Positions 1-9,661 of a stretch of DNA of 64,000 nt are shown here, one piece after another (the first letter of the stretch is position 1; each line of letters opens with the position of its first letter). The notes under the pieces are model-generated. The model had not been told where the DNA came from and did not search any database. It saw only the letters and a list, made by a program, of their open reading frames with translations. The DNA lies in IMG/VR virus record IMGVR_UViG_3300025530_000290; one strand, 5' to 3'. Source of the DNA: an uncultured virus (IMG/VR IMGVR_UViG_3300025530_000290) (Duplodnaviria; Heunggongvirae; Uroviricota; Caudoviricetes). A program made the position numbers and the translations under genes.

Positions 1-285
1 CGTGACCCCCCCCGGCCGGGGCGGCCCGCCGGCGAACCGGGACGGGCCGCCCCGCTTGCGCTGTGTGCTGGCGCGGAAATGCCCGGCCCCGTGGCTGCGG
101 GGCCGGGCGCCGAGAGGAGAACATGCATTTTCTTCGTGTGCCGCTTCCCGGCGGCGGAGAAGGGGATCCGCCGTGCCCGGTCCCGGAGCGTCGGGCGCCG
201 GCGGTCTCCCCTCCTCTGTGCTGCCCAGACTAGCCGCGCCCCGCCGCCACGGCGTGCGGCGGCAAGCCGGCCCTGGCGTAGATGA

Positions 286-597
286 TCAGCCACGGGCGCC
301 TCCCAGCGGGCCGTGGTCGCCGCGTTCGAGCGCGGTGAGTTCGAGCGCGGCGAACATGATGCCGTCGACCAGGATGTGGCCCTCCCGGCTGGTGACCTGC
401 CGGCCGAGGTATCCGCCGAGGTGGAGCAGGACGCGGGCGATGGTGACGTCGCCGAGGTCGGGCAGGTTCCGGCGGAGGTGGTCGGCGAGCGCGGTGGCGT
501 TGCGCCGGTGTGCGGCGGCGAGTTCAGGCGGGTAGGTGGCTGCGGCGGCGGCGACGGCGTTGACGCCGAGGCGTTCGGCGGGGGTGAGACGGCTCAT
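286..597 (-). CDS. Hypothetical phage protein
   Basis: ATG at 597 with upstream GAGGAG; MSRLTPAERLG...; end of the early operon. Confidence 0.6.
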   Translation of the reverse strand: MSRLTPAERLGVNAVAAAAATYPPELAAAHRRNATALADHLRRNLPDLGDVTIARVLLHLGGYLGRQVTSREGHILVDGIMFAALELTALERGDHGPLGGARG

Positions 598-611
598 CGA
601 TCGGGCTCCTC

Positions 612-1601
612 TCAACGATCCGATGGGGCGGGCCGGCGGGCGCCGCTCAACAACCGGTACAGGTACGAATCCGTGAACCCGAGCTCGGCGGCGATCGCCC
701 GCACACTCTCCCCCGCGGCGCGGCGTTGGCGGATCTGTTCGAGCTGGTCGGCGGTGATGCGGCGCCGCGGGCTGACGCCTTTGGCGCGGCGCCGCGCGGC
801 GGCGGCCTCGGCTTGGGCGCGGGTGCAGGGTTCGCACCGGCAGCCGTGGTTCGTGTAGGTCGACACGCGGCCGTGCACGGGCTGCTGTCTGGGGCGGCCC
901 TTGCGCTTTTTGACCAGGCGGGTCACGGGCTGCCGATTCCCCTTCCCAGGCAGGGTGCCGGTGCGGGCGCGGGCGCCGACACGCCGGTCGGTCCCCCACG
1001 CCCCCCGCGGGGTCTCGCCCTCGTGCCAGAAGGCGAAAAACCGGCGGCGAGCCCGGCGCACGTTGACGATGAACGTGCTCGGGTTGGCGTCGAGCGCGGC
1101 GGCGGCCTCGGCGTAGTCACCGGTGGCTGCCAAAGCGAGCAGCACCTGCCGTTCCCGGTCGGTGAGGCGGGGCCAGATCTGCCACAGCGCGGTCCGGTCG
1201 ACCACCACGTCCTCGAGCGGGTCGCCGGCGGGCGGATTCCACCAGTAGGCGGCGTACCGGCGCATGGTTTGGCCGGCGTTGTGGTGGTCGTGGCCGTGCT
1301 GCCGCATCTCCTGGTAGGCGTGCCGGGCCAGTTCGCGCTGGGCGGCGTGGATGAGCTCGGAGGGTGTGGGCGGCTGGTCGCTGGCGTAGAGGGTTTCGGC
1401 GATCGCCGACCAGGCGGTCTCGTAGCGGGTGCGGTGGTCGAGGGTGCCGCCGATGATCCGCGTGAGGGCCATGCGGGTGAGGCGGTCGAGGTCGGCGAGG
1501 TTGTAGCCGTGCCGGAGGGTGTGGACGTCGTCCGGGGCGGGCTGCCAGGCCGGCACGTCGCCGGCTTGGGGGAGGTCGGTGGTGTGGTAGGTGAGCTGCA
1601 T
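612..1601 (-). CDS. Sigma-70 region 4-like/HTH regulator with HG..TY..HGCRCxxC zinc motif and C-terminal HTH
   Basis: LTDRERQVLLAL...YAEAAAAL...RRARRRF; HGRVSTYTNHGCRCEPC; GESVRAIAAELGFT; start overlaps upstream stop. Confidence 0.65.
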   Translation of the reverse strand: MQLTYHTTDLPQAGDVPAWQPAPDDVHTLRHGYNLADLDRLTRMALTRIIGGTLDHRTRYETAWSAIAETLYASDQPPTPSELIHAAQRELARHAYQEMRQHGHDHHNAGQTMRRYAAYWWNPPAGDPLEDVVVDRTALWQIWPRLTDRERQVLLALAATGDYAEAAAALDANPSTFIVNVRRARRRFFAFWHEGETPRGAWGTDRRVGARARTGTLPGKGNRQPVTRLVKKRKGRPRQQPVHGRVSTYTNHGCRCEPCTRAQAEAAAARRRAKGVSPRRRITADQLEQIRQRRAAGESVRAIAAELGFTDSYLYRLLSGARRPAPSDR

Positions 1602-2275
1602 CAGCCGACCCCCGCCAGGGTGCCGGGCCGCCAGCGCGCGGCGAGCTTGGGGAAACGTTTCGGCAGGTCTTCGGCGAGGGCGTCGGCGACGATGATGTTG
1701 CCGTCCATGAACGTGATGGGGGCGCGGCCGCCGGTCTCGAGCCAGCAGGCTGCGCGGGCCACCTCGACGGCGACGGGGTCGAGGTCGATGCCGTAGACGC
1801 ACTCGTGCATCACCAGCGGCATCACCGCGGTGATGACACCGGTGGGCGGGTTCGGGCCGACCAGCCATGCGGCGTACCAGGCGGCGAGGTGGCGGGCCAC
1901 GTGCACGGGGAAGATGCCGCAGCCGCAGGCGGGGTCGACGATCGTGATCTGGGAGAGCGGGTTGGGGTGGTCGTCGAGCCGGTCGAGGTGGGCGGCGTCG
2001 AGGGCTGCGCTGACCATGTATTCGACCACTTCGGGCGGGGTGTAGACGACGCCGTGGGCGCCGCGGCGGTGGGTGGGGATGAGCTGCTGCCGGATTTCGC
2101 CGAGCTGGACGACGTCCCAGGTGGCGGGGCTGTTGGTGAGGCGTCGGTGGAGCCAGCCGGGCAGGTCGGTGGTGGTGTGGGCGGGCCATGGTGGGGTGAG
2201 GCCGCGGGCTGTGGCGATGTGGTTGATGACGGTGCGCATCACGGCGCGCTCGTAGTCGATGTCTGTGGTGGTCAT
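1601..2275 (-). CDS. N6-adenine DNA methyltransferase-like protein, SAM-binding part only
   Basis: GVVYTPPEVVEYMV, IVDPACGCGIF, YGIDLDPVAVEVAR, NIIVADAL; no NPPY motif before the stop. Confidence 0.7.
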   Translation of the reverse strand: MTTTDIDYERAVMRTVINHIATARGLTPPWPAHTTTDLPGWLHRRLTNSPATWDVVQLGEIRQQLIPTHRRGAHGVVYTPPEVVEYMVSAALDAAHLDRLDDHPNPLSQITIVDPACGCGIFPVHVARHLAAWYAAWLVGPNPPTGVITAVMPLVMHECVYGIDLDPVAVEVARAACWLETGGRAPITFMDGNIIVADALAEDLPKRFPKLAARWRPGTLAGVG

Positions 2276-2414
2276 GGGTGTTTCGGTTCCGGTGGTTTGC
2301 TGCGGTTTCCGTGGCGGGGATGTGCAGTGATCGCTCCTGAGCGCTCAGAGCGCTCCTGAGGACCGATCGCGGGGTGGGGTGATGGATGAGACTCGGGGCG
2401 GGTGTTCAACGCCC

Positions 2415-2774
2415 CTACGGGGCTCCTAGGGGCGTTCCCGGGGTGTCTGCGGCCAGACGCTGCACCCACCGGCGGGCGTCAGGCAGCCACTCCTCCCACC
2501 CGGGCGGCCGCCACCCGGAGCGCAGCAGCCCCTCGTAGCGCACCGCGGTCCGCACGCTGATGCCGAGCCGCGCGCAGGCGGTCTCTCGTGTCTCGCCCAG
2601 GCTGCGCACCTCGGCGTAGTCCTGCACCCGGGCCGCGATCCGCGGCACCCGGCCGGCGGCGAGGGCGGCGCGGCGGCGCCACCGGGTGTAGCAGGTCCGG
2701 CATAGGCCGTGCGCCTCGTGTTCGCGCTCGCGGCCGCATTCGGCGCAGACGCGGATCGGTCCTGGGCGCTTCAC
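2415..2774 (-). CDS. Zn-finger/HTH phage protein
   Basis: CAEC...GLCRTCY and ARLGISVRTAVRY; GTGA coupling. Confidence 0.6.
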   Translation of the reverse strand: MKRPGPIRVCAECGREREHEAHGLCRTCYTRWRRRAALAAGRVPRIAARVQDYAEVRSLGETRETACARLGISVRTAVRYEGLLRSGWRPPGWEEWLPDARRWVQRLAADTPGTPLGAP

Positions 2775-3010
2775 GGCTCCCCCTCGGCCGTGCTGGCGAG
2801 GGCGCGGCGGGTGCGCGCGGTACGCGCCTCGGCGATCACATCCGGCGCCACCTCGAGCGGCGGCCGCCAACCCGGCCCGGCTATGTGCTCGGCCACGATC
2901 TCGTCGGCCAGGTCGTAGACCTTCGCCTCCTGCACATACGGCCGCAGCGTGCGGGCGATCCCGTTCCGCAGCTGCCGCCACTTCGCGGCGATCTCCGGGG
3001 TGGTGGTCAT
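2771..3010 (-). CDS. Hypothetical phage protein
   Basis: ATGA-coupled ORF MTTTPEIAAKW... Confidence 0.55.
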   Translation of the reverse strand: MTTTPEIAAKWRQLRNGIARTLRPYVQEAKVYDLADEIVAEHIAGPGWRPPLEVAPDVIAEARTARTRRALASTAEGEP

Positions 3011-3612
3011 GACGCGTGCTCCAGGTTCTTCATCACGGCCCGCGGCACACCGTTGACCGTCACCCACTCCGCCAATCCGGCCTTCACCAGCCGACCGTCG
3101 TGGGCGGGTGCCTTCAGCCTGCGTCCTGCCGCGTCCACGCACGCCGCCCCGGCATGCGCGCGGCACGGGGGCCACGGGCACGGAACCTGCATCGCGGCGA
3201 TCCGCACGGGGTCGCGGTCGCGGCCTCGGGCCTGGTTGTACTCGGGCGGGGGCTCGCTGCCCTGGCCGCGGGTGAGCGCCTTGGTGACGGTGCGGCCGTC
3301 GGCGATGTTCCGGATGGCCGCGCCGAGCTCGGCCCGGTAGGCCGTGGTGTCGTCGGCGGCCTCCGGCCGTGGGCTCGGCACGGGGTAACGCTCGAGCCGC
3401 TCATGTCGCATCTGCCGCACCCGCTGGCGAACATGCGCGGGCATCAGCCACTCGGTGGACTCCGAGTAGTGCGCGACGACCGCGGCGCGGGCGTCATCGA
3501 ACGGGAGATCACCCAGCGCAAGGAGCCAGGCGGCGACGTCGGCCTGACCGATGGTGCGCCGGTCGTAGGCGGCGGCACACGACAGCAGGTCGATGATCTC
3601 GTCACGGTTCAT
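3007..3612 (-). CDS. Helicase loader/inhibitor-like protein with C-terminal Zn finger
   Basis: LLSCAAAYDRRTIGQADVAAWLLALGDLPFDDARAAVVAHY...WLMPAHV; immediately after rep; CPWPPCRA. Confidence 0.65.
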   Translation of the reverse strand: MNRDEIIDLLSCAAAYDRRTIGQADVAAWLLALGDLPFDDARAAVVAHYSESTEWLMPAHVRQRVRQMRHERLERYPVPSPRPEAADDTTAYRAELGAAIRNIADGRTVTKALTRGQGSEPPPEYNQARGRDRDPVRIAAMQVPCPWPPCRAHAGAACVDAAGRRLKAPAHDGRLVKAGLAEWVTVNGVPRAVMKNLEHAS

Positions 3613-4804
3613 TGGCGACTTCTCCGATGATCGTGATCGGGTGGGTGAATTCACCCGTAGGCGGCTGGTGCTTGAGCGCCTGGATGGCGGCGACGCGCTC
3701 GTCGGTGGTGGACCGCCGCGCCGCGGCGGCTGGCGCGGACCCGGTGCGCGCGACCGCGGGGGCGGCGTTCATGACCTCGTTGACCACCGGTGGCAGCGAG
3801 GAAGGATGGAGGCCGCGCGCCATCCACTGGGCCATGCCGCGGCGGATGTCGTCAGGCGCGATGCCCTCGCCGAGCATCTCCTTGATCAGCTTGGCGACGT
3901 GGCCGATGACGCGCTGAGGCGGGCGCTTGCTGCAGCGGTCGAGCCACTCGCCGACGAGCGTCTGCGCCGTGGCCTCAGGGGCGTCGCGGCGCGGCGCGGC
4001 CGTGCCCGCTGGAAGCGGAACGGGAAGGGGTCTGGGGAAAGGGGAATCCTCTACTTCACCACCGTAACTATTCCCCTTTCCCCTGGGCTCGCTCGGAACC
4101 CTCTTGGAAGTGGTTCGGGAAGGGGTTCGGGAAGGGGTTTCGGCAGCTTCGCTACCTGCGGAAACGTCAAAAGGGGGTGCAGGGTCGTTCAAGACGCCGC
4201 CGCCGGTGGCCGTGTCACCTGCCGTCGCGCTGGCGGGGGTGCCGTCGCCCGGTTCCGAGCCGCCGGGATCAGGGTCGCAAGTGGCAGCCGAAGGAGGTGC
4301 GGAACCCCCTGCGGAAGGGGTTCTGGAAGGGGTTCCGACGATTCGCTCCAAGTCCTCAATGAGCTTGGCGAGCTCCCGGTGGGTCTCCTTCTTCATCTCC
4401 TCCACCGGGAGCCGGCGCAGCTCCTCCAAGATCGCGGCCTTCAGAACCCGGGACGACAGCATGTGGATCTGCTCGACCGCGGCCTTGAAAACGTTCGGCT
4501 GGGCGTACACCTTGTCGCGCCGCATCAACGAACGGACCAAAAGCTCCTCGGCGTCCTCGTCGATGACCACGAACGGCCTGGGCTTGGCCGTTGCGAGCTC
4601 TCGCAGATCCCGTTCAATATCCTCGACCGTCAAGCCTCGGGCCTTCTTCGACCATCGGCGCACACGGAGAGGGATCACGCCGCAGTGCTGCAGGTCGTTC
4701 TGGGAGAGCAGGAACATATAAAGACGCTGGCTGCCAGGGCCGAGGTTGAGGAAGTCTTCGTCTTCCCAGATGGAGGCCATCAGCCGAGCGTGGCTACGCG
4801 CCAT
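3602..4804 (-). CDS. Phage replication initiator (RepA-like)
   Basis: MARSHARLMASIWEDEDFLNL...QRLYMFLLSQ...CGVIPL typical actinophage Rep N-terminus; low-complexity linker with iteron-like repeats. Confidence 0.75.
   Translation of the reverse strand: MARSHARLMASIWEDEDFLNLGPGSQRLYMFLLSQNDLQHCGVIPLRVRRWSKKARGLTVEDIERDLRELATAKPRPFVVIDEDAEELLVRSLMRRDKVYAQPNVFKAAVEQIHMLSSRVLKAAILEELRRLPVEEMKKETHRELAKLIEDLERIVGTPSRTPSAGGSAPPSAATCDPDPGGSEPGDGTPASATAGDTATGGGVLNDPAPPFDVSAGSEAAETPSRTPSRTTSKRVPSEPRGKGNSYGGEVEDSPFPRPLPVPLPAGTAAPRRDAPEATAQTLVGEWLDRCSKRPPQRVIGHVAKLIKEMLGEGIAPDDIRRGMAQWMARGLHPSSLPPVVNEVMNAAPAVARTGSAPAAAARRSTTDERVAAIQALKHQPPTGEFTHPITIIGEVANEP
4106..4335. repeat. Iteron-like GGAAGGGGTT(C) direct repeats inside rep (candidate origin)
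   Basis: Copies at 4106 (1 mismatch), 4118, 4130, 4313, 4325; 12-bp period within each cluster. Confidence 0.6.
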
Positions 4805-4887
4805 ATGATTCCCCCCGGGGTTCTTTAGAAAGGGATATTCGCGGGGTGGTCACTGGTTTCCTTGAGGAAACGCACGATGATTTACAG

Positions 4888-6252
4888 TCATCTGCCACCC
4901 GCCAACGTTTCGACTTGTTCGACTGCCAGGATCTCGCCGCCAACTGCCACGCGGCCGCCAACGAGGAGCTCTCGATGGCCCTCACAGACCTGGTGATCGA
5001 ATGTGCATTCACCTGAACATCTAGGACAGTTGCCGATCTTGACGCGGCTACTCGCCCGGTTGAAACACGCTCCAATCTCGTTGCGGTCCCCCATGCAGCA
5101 CATTCCCGGCGGGACAGTCGCGTTGTGCTTGAACTCGTAGGCGATCCTGGCAGCCTCTTCGAAAATCCTTGACTTGTCCCAGGACGAACTTTCTGGGTAA
5201 ACAACCTTGCAGTACTCTTCCCAGCTTCTCTGCTGACTGTCCGTCAACCCGAAGAAGCCGCCCACTATCTCGTCTTCGAGCTTTTCCTCTTCTTGGACGA
5301 TCTTGATAGCCCGCAAAAGCAGTTCCGTTTCGCTCGGCTCGCGGCCCGGGTGGGTTTCCTCCCACTCCTGACGCACGAGCTCGAAAGCTCGCTCCCCGCC
5401 GTCTGGAAGGTCTTGAAGGTGCTTCCTCATCAGATCGAGCCGACGCCCATAGGTGCCGATCTCGGTTACAGCGATGGCGACTGCCAGGACTAGCTCATTG
5501 GCAACCGGTTTGCCGATCCAGCGGTTAACTCCTTCAGCGAGGGTCATGTAGTACGCGACCTCGGTATCGCTGATGTCGAGTTCCTCACTCGTTTTGCACG
5601 CTCGGTCGTACAGAGCTGCGTCGTCTTCTGACGTTCCATCTGAGTAGTGCGTGCCAGCGCCGACCAGTTCTCGCGCCTGTTCCTGCAGCTCGGAGACCTT
5701 CCGCCATGCGATGCCGCACATGTAGCGGAACACGTCGCCGGACTTGACCTTCTTAGTGGTCATGGCCTTGTTGAGGCAGTCGATGAGGATTTCGGCGGGA
5801 AGGCCGGCGGCGATGAAGCGGTCGACGGCGGTCTCCCAGTCATCGGGCCTGGGGATGGGCGTCTTGTTGCGGCCGCCGGTGGTGTGCCAACGGTTCCAAG
5901 CTTCGTCGAAGGCTCGCCGTGCGCGCTGGCGCTTGGCGAGGTCGTTGAGCATCCGGTCAGCGGCGACGGAGATGGCTTTGGCCCAGCGGAGTGCGTCGGC
6001 TTCGACTTGGGCGACCAGTGGAGCGTCTGGTGGGATGGCGGCTTTGCCGGTGTTGCAGTCTCGGCAGGAGGCCACGAGGTTGGACGGCTCGTCTTTGCCG
6101 CCTAGGGCGACGGGGACGACGTGTTCGATGACGAGTTCTGTTTCGGCTGCTTTCAGTCCGCAGTACCGGCACTTGAAGCCGTCCCGCCGGAGGATCTGGA
6201 AGCGGAGTGATTTGGAGATGGCCAATGAGGGCTCCGGGGGTTTAGCGATCAA
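4888..6252 (-). CDS. HNH endonuclease with long C-terminal extension
   Basis: RFQILRRDGFKCRYCG...EHVVPVALGGKDEPSNLVASCRDCNTGK. Confidence 0.85.
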   Translation of the reverse strand: MIAKPPEPSLAISKSLRFQILRRDGFKCRYCGLKAAETELVIEHVVPVALGGKDEPSNLVASCRDCNTGKAAIPPDAPLVAQVEADALRWAKAISVAADRMLNDLAKRQRARRAFDEAWNRWHTTGGRNKTPIPRPDDWETAVDRFIAAGLPAEILIDCLNKAMTTKKVKSGDVFRYMCGIAWRKVSELQEQARELVGAGTHYSDGTSEDDAALYDRACKTSEELDISDTEVAYYMTLAEGVNRWIGKPVANELVLAVAIAVTEIGTYGRRLDLMRKHLQDLPDGGERAFELVRQEWEETHPGREPSETELLLRAIKIVQEEEKLEDEIVGGFFGLTDSQQRSWEEYCKVVYPESSSWDKSRIFEEAARIAYEFKHNATVPPGMCCMGDRNEIGACFNRASSRVKIGNCPRCSGECTFDHQVCEGHRELLVGGRVAVGGEILAVEQVETLAGGR

Positions 6253-6257
6253 AGTTT

Positions 6258-6295
6258 GTGTACACCAATGTACACCAAGAAGCCCATGGGTACAC
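6258..6295. promoter_or_regulatory. GTGTACAC-type operator repeats between divergent HNH and phd-like genes
   Basis: GTGTACAC 6258-6265, TGTACAC 6269-6275, GTACAC 6290-6295. Confidence 0.55.
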
Positions 6296-6302
6296 TGGCG
6301 CC

Positions 6303-6479
6303 ATGGTCCAGGCAGCTCAGGAACTCAGCACGCGCGATGTCCGTGCCAACCTGGCACAGGTCATCAATGACGCCGCAGCCCGCGGTGTAGTCACCTTCAT
6401 TACGTCTAGAGGCCGGCGCATAGCAGCCGTCGTACCTGTACACGTTGCGGAGGCCGTGGTAGAGGGGAAATCCCTTTGA
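6303..6479 (+). CDS. Phd/YefM family antitoxin (orphan)
   Basis: ELSTRDVRANLAQVINDAAARGVVTFITSRGRRIAAVVP. Confidence 0.8.
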   Translation: MVQAAQELSTRDVRANLAQVINDAAARGVVTFITSRGRRIAAVVPVHVAEAVVEGKSL

Positions 6480-6516
6480 CACGCCGCCCATAGGCCCGGT
6501 CACGACAAGAGCAGCT

Positions 6517-6816
6517 CTAGCCACCGCTCAGGTCCTCCTCTTCGCCGTTTTCCTCGAGGCCGAGCGGCAGTTCGGCCTGCCCCGGAACCGGCCGCCGCGG
6601 CACCGACACGGGCCGGGCCGGCGCACGCACCCAGCGCTGCCCTGACTGGGTGGTGATACCGAGGAGCTCTCGGCAGCGGGGGCCGATGTGGTAGCCGAGG
6701 GAGGTTTGGTCGGTGAGACGGCGGTGGCAGCGGCGGCACCGCGCCTCTCCCCCGCCGCTGTGCTCGACCGGCCCGTCCGGCTGCTGCGGGGCGGGCACCG
6801 GGAACAGTGTGCTCAT
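6517..6816 (-). CDS. DUF6011-like Zn-binding phage protein
   Basis: CRRCHRRLTDQTSLGYHIGPRC. Confidence 0.65.
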   Translation of the reverse strand: MSTLFPVPAPQQPDGPVEHSGGGEARCRRCHRRLTDQTSLGYHIGPRCRELLGITTQSGQRWVRAPARPVSVPRRPVPGQAELPLGLEENGEEEDLSGG

Positions 6817-7070
6817 GGCGTCACGTCGCCTCCCGGCCGCTGCTCGGCGAGGCGCTCGACCACCCGCGCACACGCTTCGACGGCGCGGTTGAAAACGGCC
6901 ACCCGCCCGTCGCCGCCGGTGGTGGTCATCTTGAGCTCGCGGATCTTCGCGGCTGCCTCGGCGGCGAACTCGCGGCGGACATGCTCCCGATGCCTGTCGA
7001 ACTCGGCGGCGACGAGGCGGGCGATGCGGAGCGCCTCGTCAGGGAGCCGGAGCGGTTCTGGTGTCGTCAT
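6813..7070 (-). CDS. Hypothetical phage protein
   Basis: ATGA-coupled ORF in early operon. Confidence 0.5.
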   Translation of the reverse strand: MTTPEPLRLPDEALRIARLVAAEFDRHREHVRREFAAEAAAKIRELKMTTTGGDGRVAVFNRAVEACARVVERLAEQRPGGDVTP

Positions 7071-7232
7071 GGGTGGGATGCTCGGGTGTGTCGGGCTGGT
7101 CGGGGTCGAACAGCGGTATCTGGCCGGGTATGACGTCCCGGGTCTGGCAGTAGCGGCAGGCGCGGCGGTGGGAGGTGAGCGCCGGCTCGCCGTCGACGAT
7201 CGCCGCCGCGCACGGTTCGGGGAGCGGCCGGC

Positions 7233-7469
7233 TCATGAGCGGCCTCCCCGGCGCCTGGCCACGTTTCTGGCGATGAGGGCCATGGCGATGACCGGCCACA
7301 GCAGGGTGACGAAGACCAGGAGCATGGCCCGGTAGACGCCCGGGGGGATCCCGGCGTCGCGTGCCGTATCCTCGACCAGCTGGTGCCGGAGGATGATGAG
7401 GGCGGCGTAGAGCAGGCCGAAGGCGTAGGCGCCGTACACGTACAGGGCGGCGAGCGGGTGGCCCGGCAT
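7233..7469 (-). CDS. Small membrane protein
   Basis: Two hydrophobic segments; coupled to neighbours. Confidence 0.55.
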   Translation of the reverse strand: MPGHPLAALYVYGAYAFGLLYAALIILRHQLVEDTARDAGIPPGVYRAMLLVFVTLLWPVIAMALIARNVARRRGGRS

Positions 7470-7864
7470 CAGATGCTCCCCAGCGCGCCGAAATCGGGCA
7501 GGACACGAGCCCCGTCCGCTCTCCCCCACAGGTGGAGCGCGTGGGGGTGGTGGTTGATGTGGCGGTCGGCGGGCGGGAACACCTGGTACGCCTCACGCTC
7601 GGGGCCGAACACGCCGTCCTTGAGCGCCTTCAGCTCGGCGTAGGTGGGCATGCGGTCCTCGAGCGCGATGGAGGCGTGGATCCATTCGGCGCCGTCAAAC
7701 GGGGCTTGGGTGACGATGACGGAGCCGGCGGGCCGCTGGCCGGGTGGGCGTAGCTGTATGGCGACACCGGCCGTGCCGAACGGCATCGGCGGCCGCGGAT
7801 GGTGTCCGGCGCGGCGCAGCACGGTGGCGAGGCGCGCCAGGTCGCAGTCGAGTATGGGTGTCAT
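7469..7864 (-). CDS. Conserved phage protein
   Basis: WIHASIA...RMPTYAELKALKDGVFG...QVFPPADRHINHHPHALHLW. Confidence 0.65.
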   Translation of the reverse strand: MTPILDCDLARLATVLRRAGHHPRPPMPFGTAGVAIQLRPPGQRPAGSVIVTQAPFDGAEWIHASIALEDRMPTYAELKALKDGVFGPEREAYQVFPPADRHINHHPHALHLWGRADGARVLPDFGALGSI

Positions 7865-8451
7865 GACGCGAGCTCCCGGGTCTGCTGGTTGCGTTGGCGG
7901 GCGAGGCGGCGCCGGATGGTTTTGCGTTCGTCCTCGTTCGAGGCGCCCCAGATGCCGTGTTCGGCGTGGGTGATGGCGCGGGCGAGGCAGTTCTTGGTGA
8001 CAGGGCAGGTGCGGCAGATGCGTTTGGCCGCGTCCTCGCGCAGCTTGCGGTCGGCCGGGCGTTCGTTTTCGGGGCCGAAAAAGAGGCGGAGGTCTGCTCT
8101 GCGGCAGGCGGCGCGGTCGGTCCACGTCCAGTCGTAGCCGCCGCTGGTTGCTGGCCTGGGCGGCGGGGGCGCGGCGGGTGGTGTGGCCGGTTCCGGTTCG
8201 GGTTCGGGCGGGTCGAGTAGGCCGAGCGCGTCGAGGACACGGCGAAGCTGCTCACGGTCCCCGGGGTGGTGGGGGTGGGGGCAGCCGCCGGGGTGGCCGG
8301 GCTGGCAGGGGTGGGTGAGGGCGACACCGGCCAGGCGGAGCGCGGCAGCGTTGCGCTGCTGCTCGCTGGGCGGATCGTCGGCTCCGAGCAGGGAGACGAG
8401 CTCGTTGAGCTCAGGGTCCTTGCTGCGGTTGGGGGTGCGGCGGCGTGCCAC
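7861..8451 (-). CDS. whiB: WhiB family transcription factor with N-terminal extension
   Basis: AACR..DLRLFF...AKRICRTCPVTKNC...HGIWGASNEDER. Confidence 0.9.
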   Translation of the reverse strand: MARRRTPNRSKDPELNELVSLLGADDPPSEQQRNAAALRLAGVALTHPCQPGHPGGCPHPHHPGDREQLRRVLDALGLLDPPEPEPEPATPPAAPPPPRPATSGGYDWTWTDRAACRRADLRLFFGPENERPADRKLREDAAKRICRTCPVTKNCLARAITHAEHGIWGASNEDERKTIRRRLARQRNQQTRELAS

Positions 8452-8520
8452 GGGTGCTGCTCTCCTGTGGTGCGTGCTCGGGCGGTGCGCGGGGCCGGGC
8501 CGGTCGGGCCCGGCCCGAGG

Positions 8521-9648
8521 CTAGGAGGCGAGGCGGACCGGCATGAGCAGATGCCTGTAGACCTGCTCCCCACCGTCCTCGCCTCCGCTGGTCTCGCCAC
8601 CGGTGCCGGGGGTGACGACGGCCGGTTTCGCCGGTTCGGTCATGCGTAGCGTCACCGTCTTGGTCTTGCAGCCGGTGACGGCGTCCGTCAGATACAGCGG
8701 CTGGAAGGCGATCTCGATATCGCCGCTGTGCTTGACCTCGAGCGTCTCCGCGGCGCGTGTTTCGTCGCTGTTGACCCGGACGGTGACCGCACCGGCGGTG
8801 AAGGTGAGGCGCACAGGGGTGTGTTCTCTGGCGGCGGCGAGGGAGACGCGCCGGACGGCGTCGGCGAACTCCTGGGCGGGAAGCTCGGCCGACACCGTGT
8901 AGGCGTCCGCCTGGGCGAGGAGTTTCCGCCATTCGGGGAACTGGGTGTCGACCGCGCGCAGGGTGATCGTGCGGGTGCCGGTGGCGACGGCGAGGAGGTT
9001 TTCGTCAGCGCCGATGGTGGCCTCGCCGGTCAGGCCCTTGGTGAGGGCGGTGAGGGTTTTGGCGTGGGCGACGATCCGAAGCCGGTCGCTGGTGTGGGGC
9101 TGCCAGGGGAGGGTGCGGGCGGCGAGCCGGTAGCGGTCGGAGGCGGCGAGGGCGATCTGGCCGCTCTCGGTTTCGACGAGGATGCCGGTGAGCATGGGCA
9201 GGGTGCCGTCGTTGGAGGCGGCGACCGCGGTCTGGGCGATGGCGTTGTGGAGCTCGGCGGCATCAACGGTGCCGGCCGCGTCCGGCACGGCGGGGAGCGT
9301 CGGGTATTCGTCGGCGGGCAGGGTTTGCAGTCCGAACTCGAACCGGCCGCAGACGATCGTCGCCTCGGTGCCGCCGAGGGCGAGGTTGATGGGCTGGTCG
9401 GCGGGGAGGGCTTTGACGATTTCGGCGAGGACGCGGCCGGGGAGGATAACCCGCCCGGGCTGGCTGATGTGGGCGGGGAGGGTGGCGCGGGCGGAGGTGC
9501 TGGTGTCGAACGCGGCCACCGTCAGCCGGTCGCCGCCGGCGTCGAGGACGAGCCCGGTCAGGACGGGGATGTGGGGTTTGGCGGGGAGGACGCGGGCGGC
9601 CCAGGTGACCGCGTCGCGGAGGTCCGTCGGGTCGAGCACGATTTTCAC
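8521..9648 (-). CDS. dnaN: DNA polymerase III beta sliding clamp
   Basis: 375 aa; LPAKPHIPVLTG, LPMLTGILVE, ASDRYRLA, IAFQPLYL, YRHLLMPVRL. Confidence 0.92.
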   Translation of the reverse strand: MKIVLDPTDLRDAVTWAARVLPAKPHIPVLTGLVLDAGGDRLTVAAFDTSTSARATLPAHISQPGRVILPGRVLAEIVKALPADQPINLALGGTEATIVCGRFEFGLQTLPADEYPTLPAVPDAAGTVDAAELHNAIAQTAVAASNDGTLPMLTGILVETESGQIALAASDRYRLAARTLPWQPHTSDRLRIVAHAKTLTALTKGLTGEATIGADENLLAVATGTRTITLRAVDTQFPEWRKLLAQADAYTVSAELPAQEFADAVRRVSLAAAREHTPVRLTFTAGAVTVRVNSDETRAAETLEVKHSGDIEIAFQPLYLTDAVTGCKTKTVTLRMTEPAKPAVVTPGTGGETSGGEDGGEQVYRHLLMPVRLAS

Positions 9649-9661
9649 GGCGTGTGTCCTT

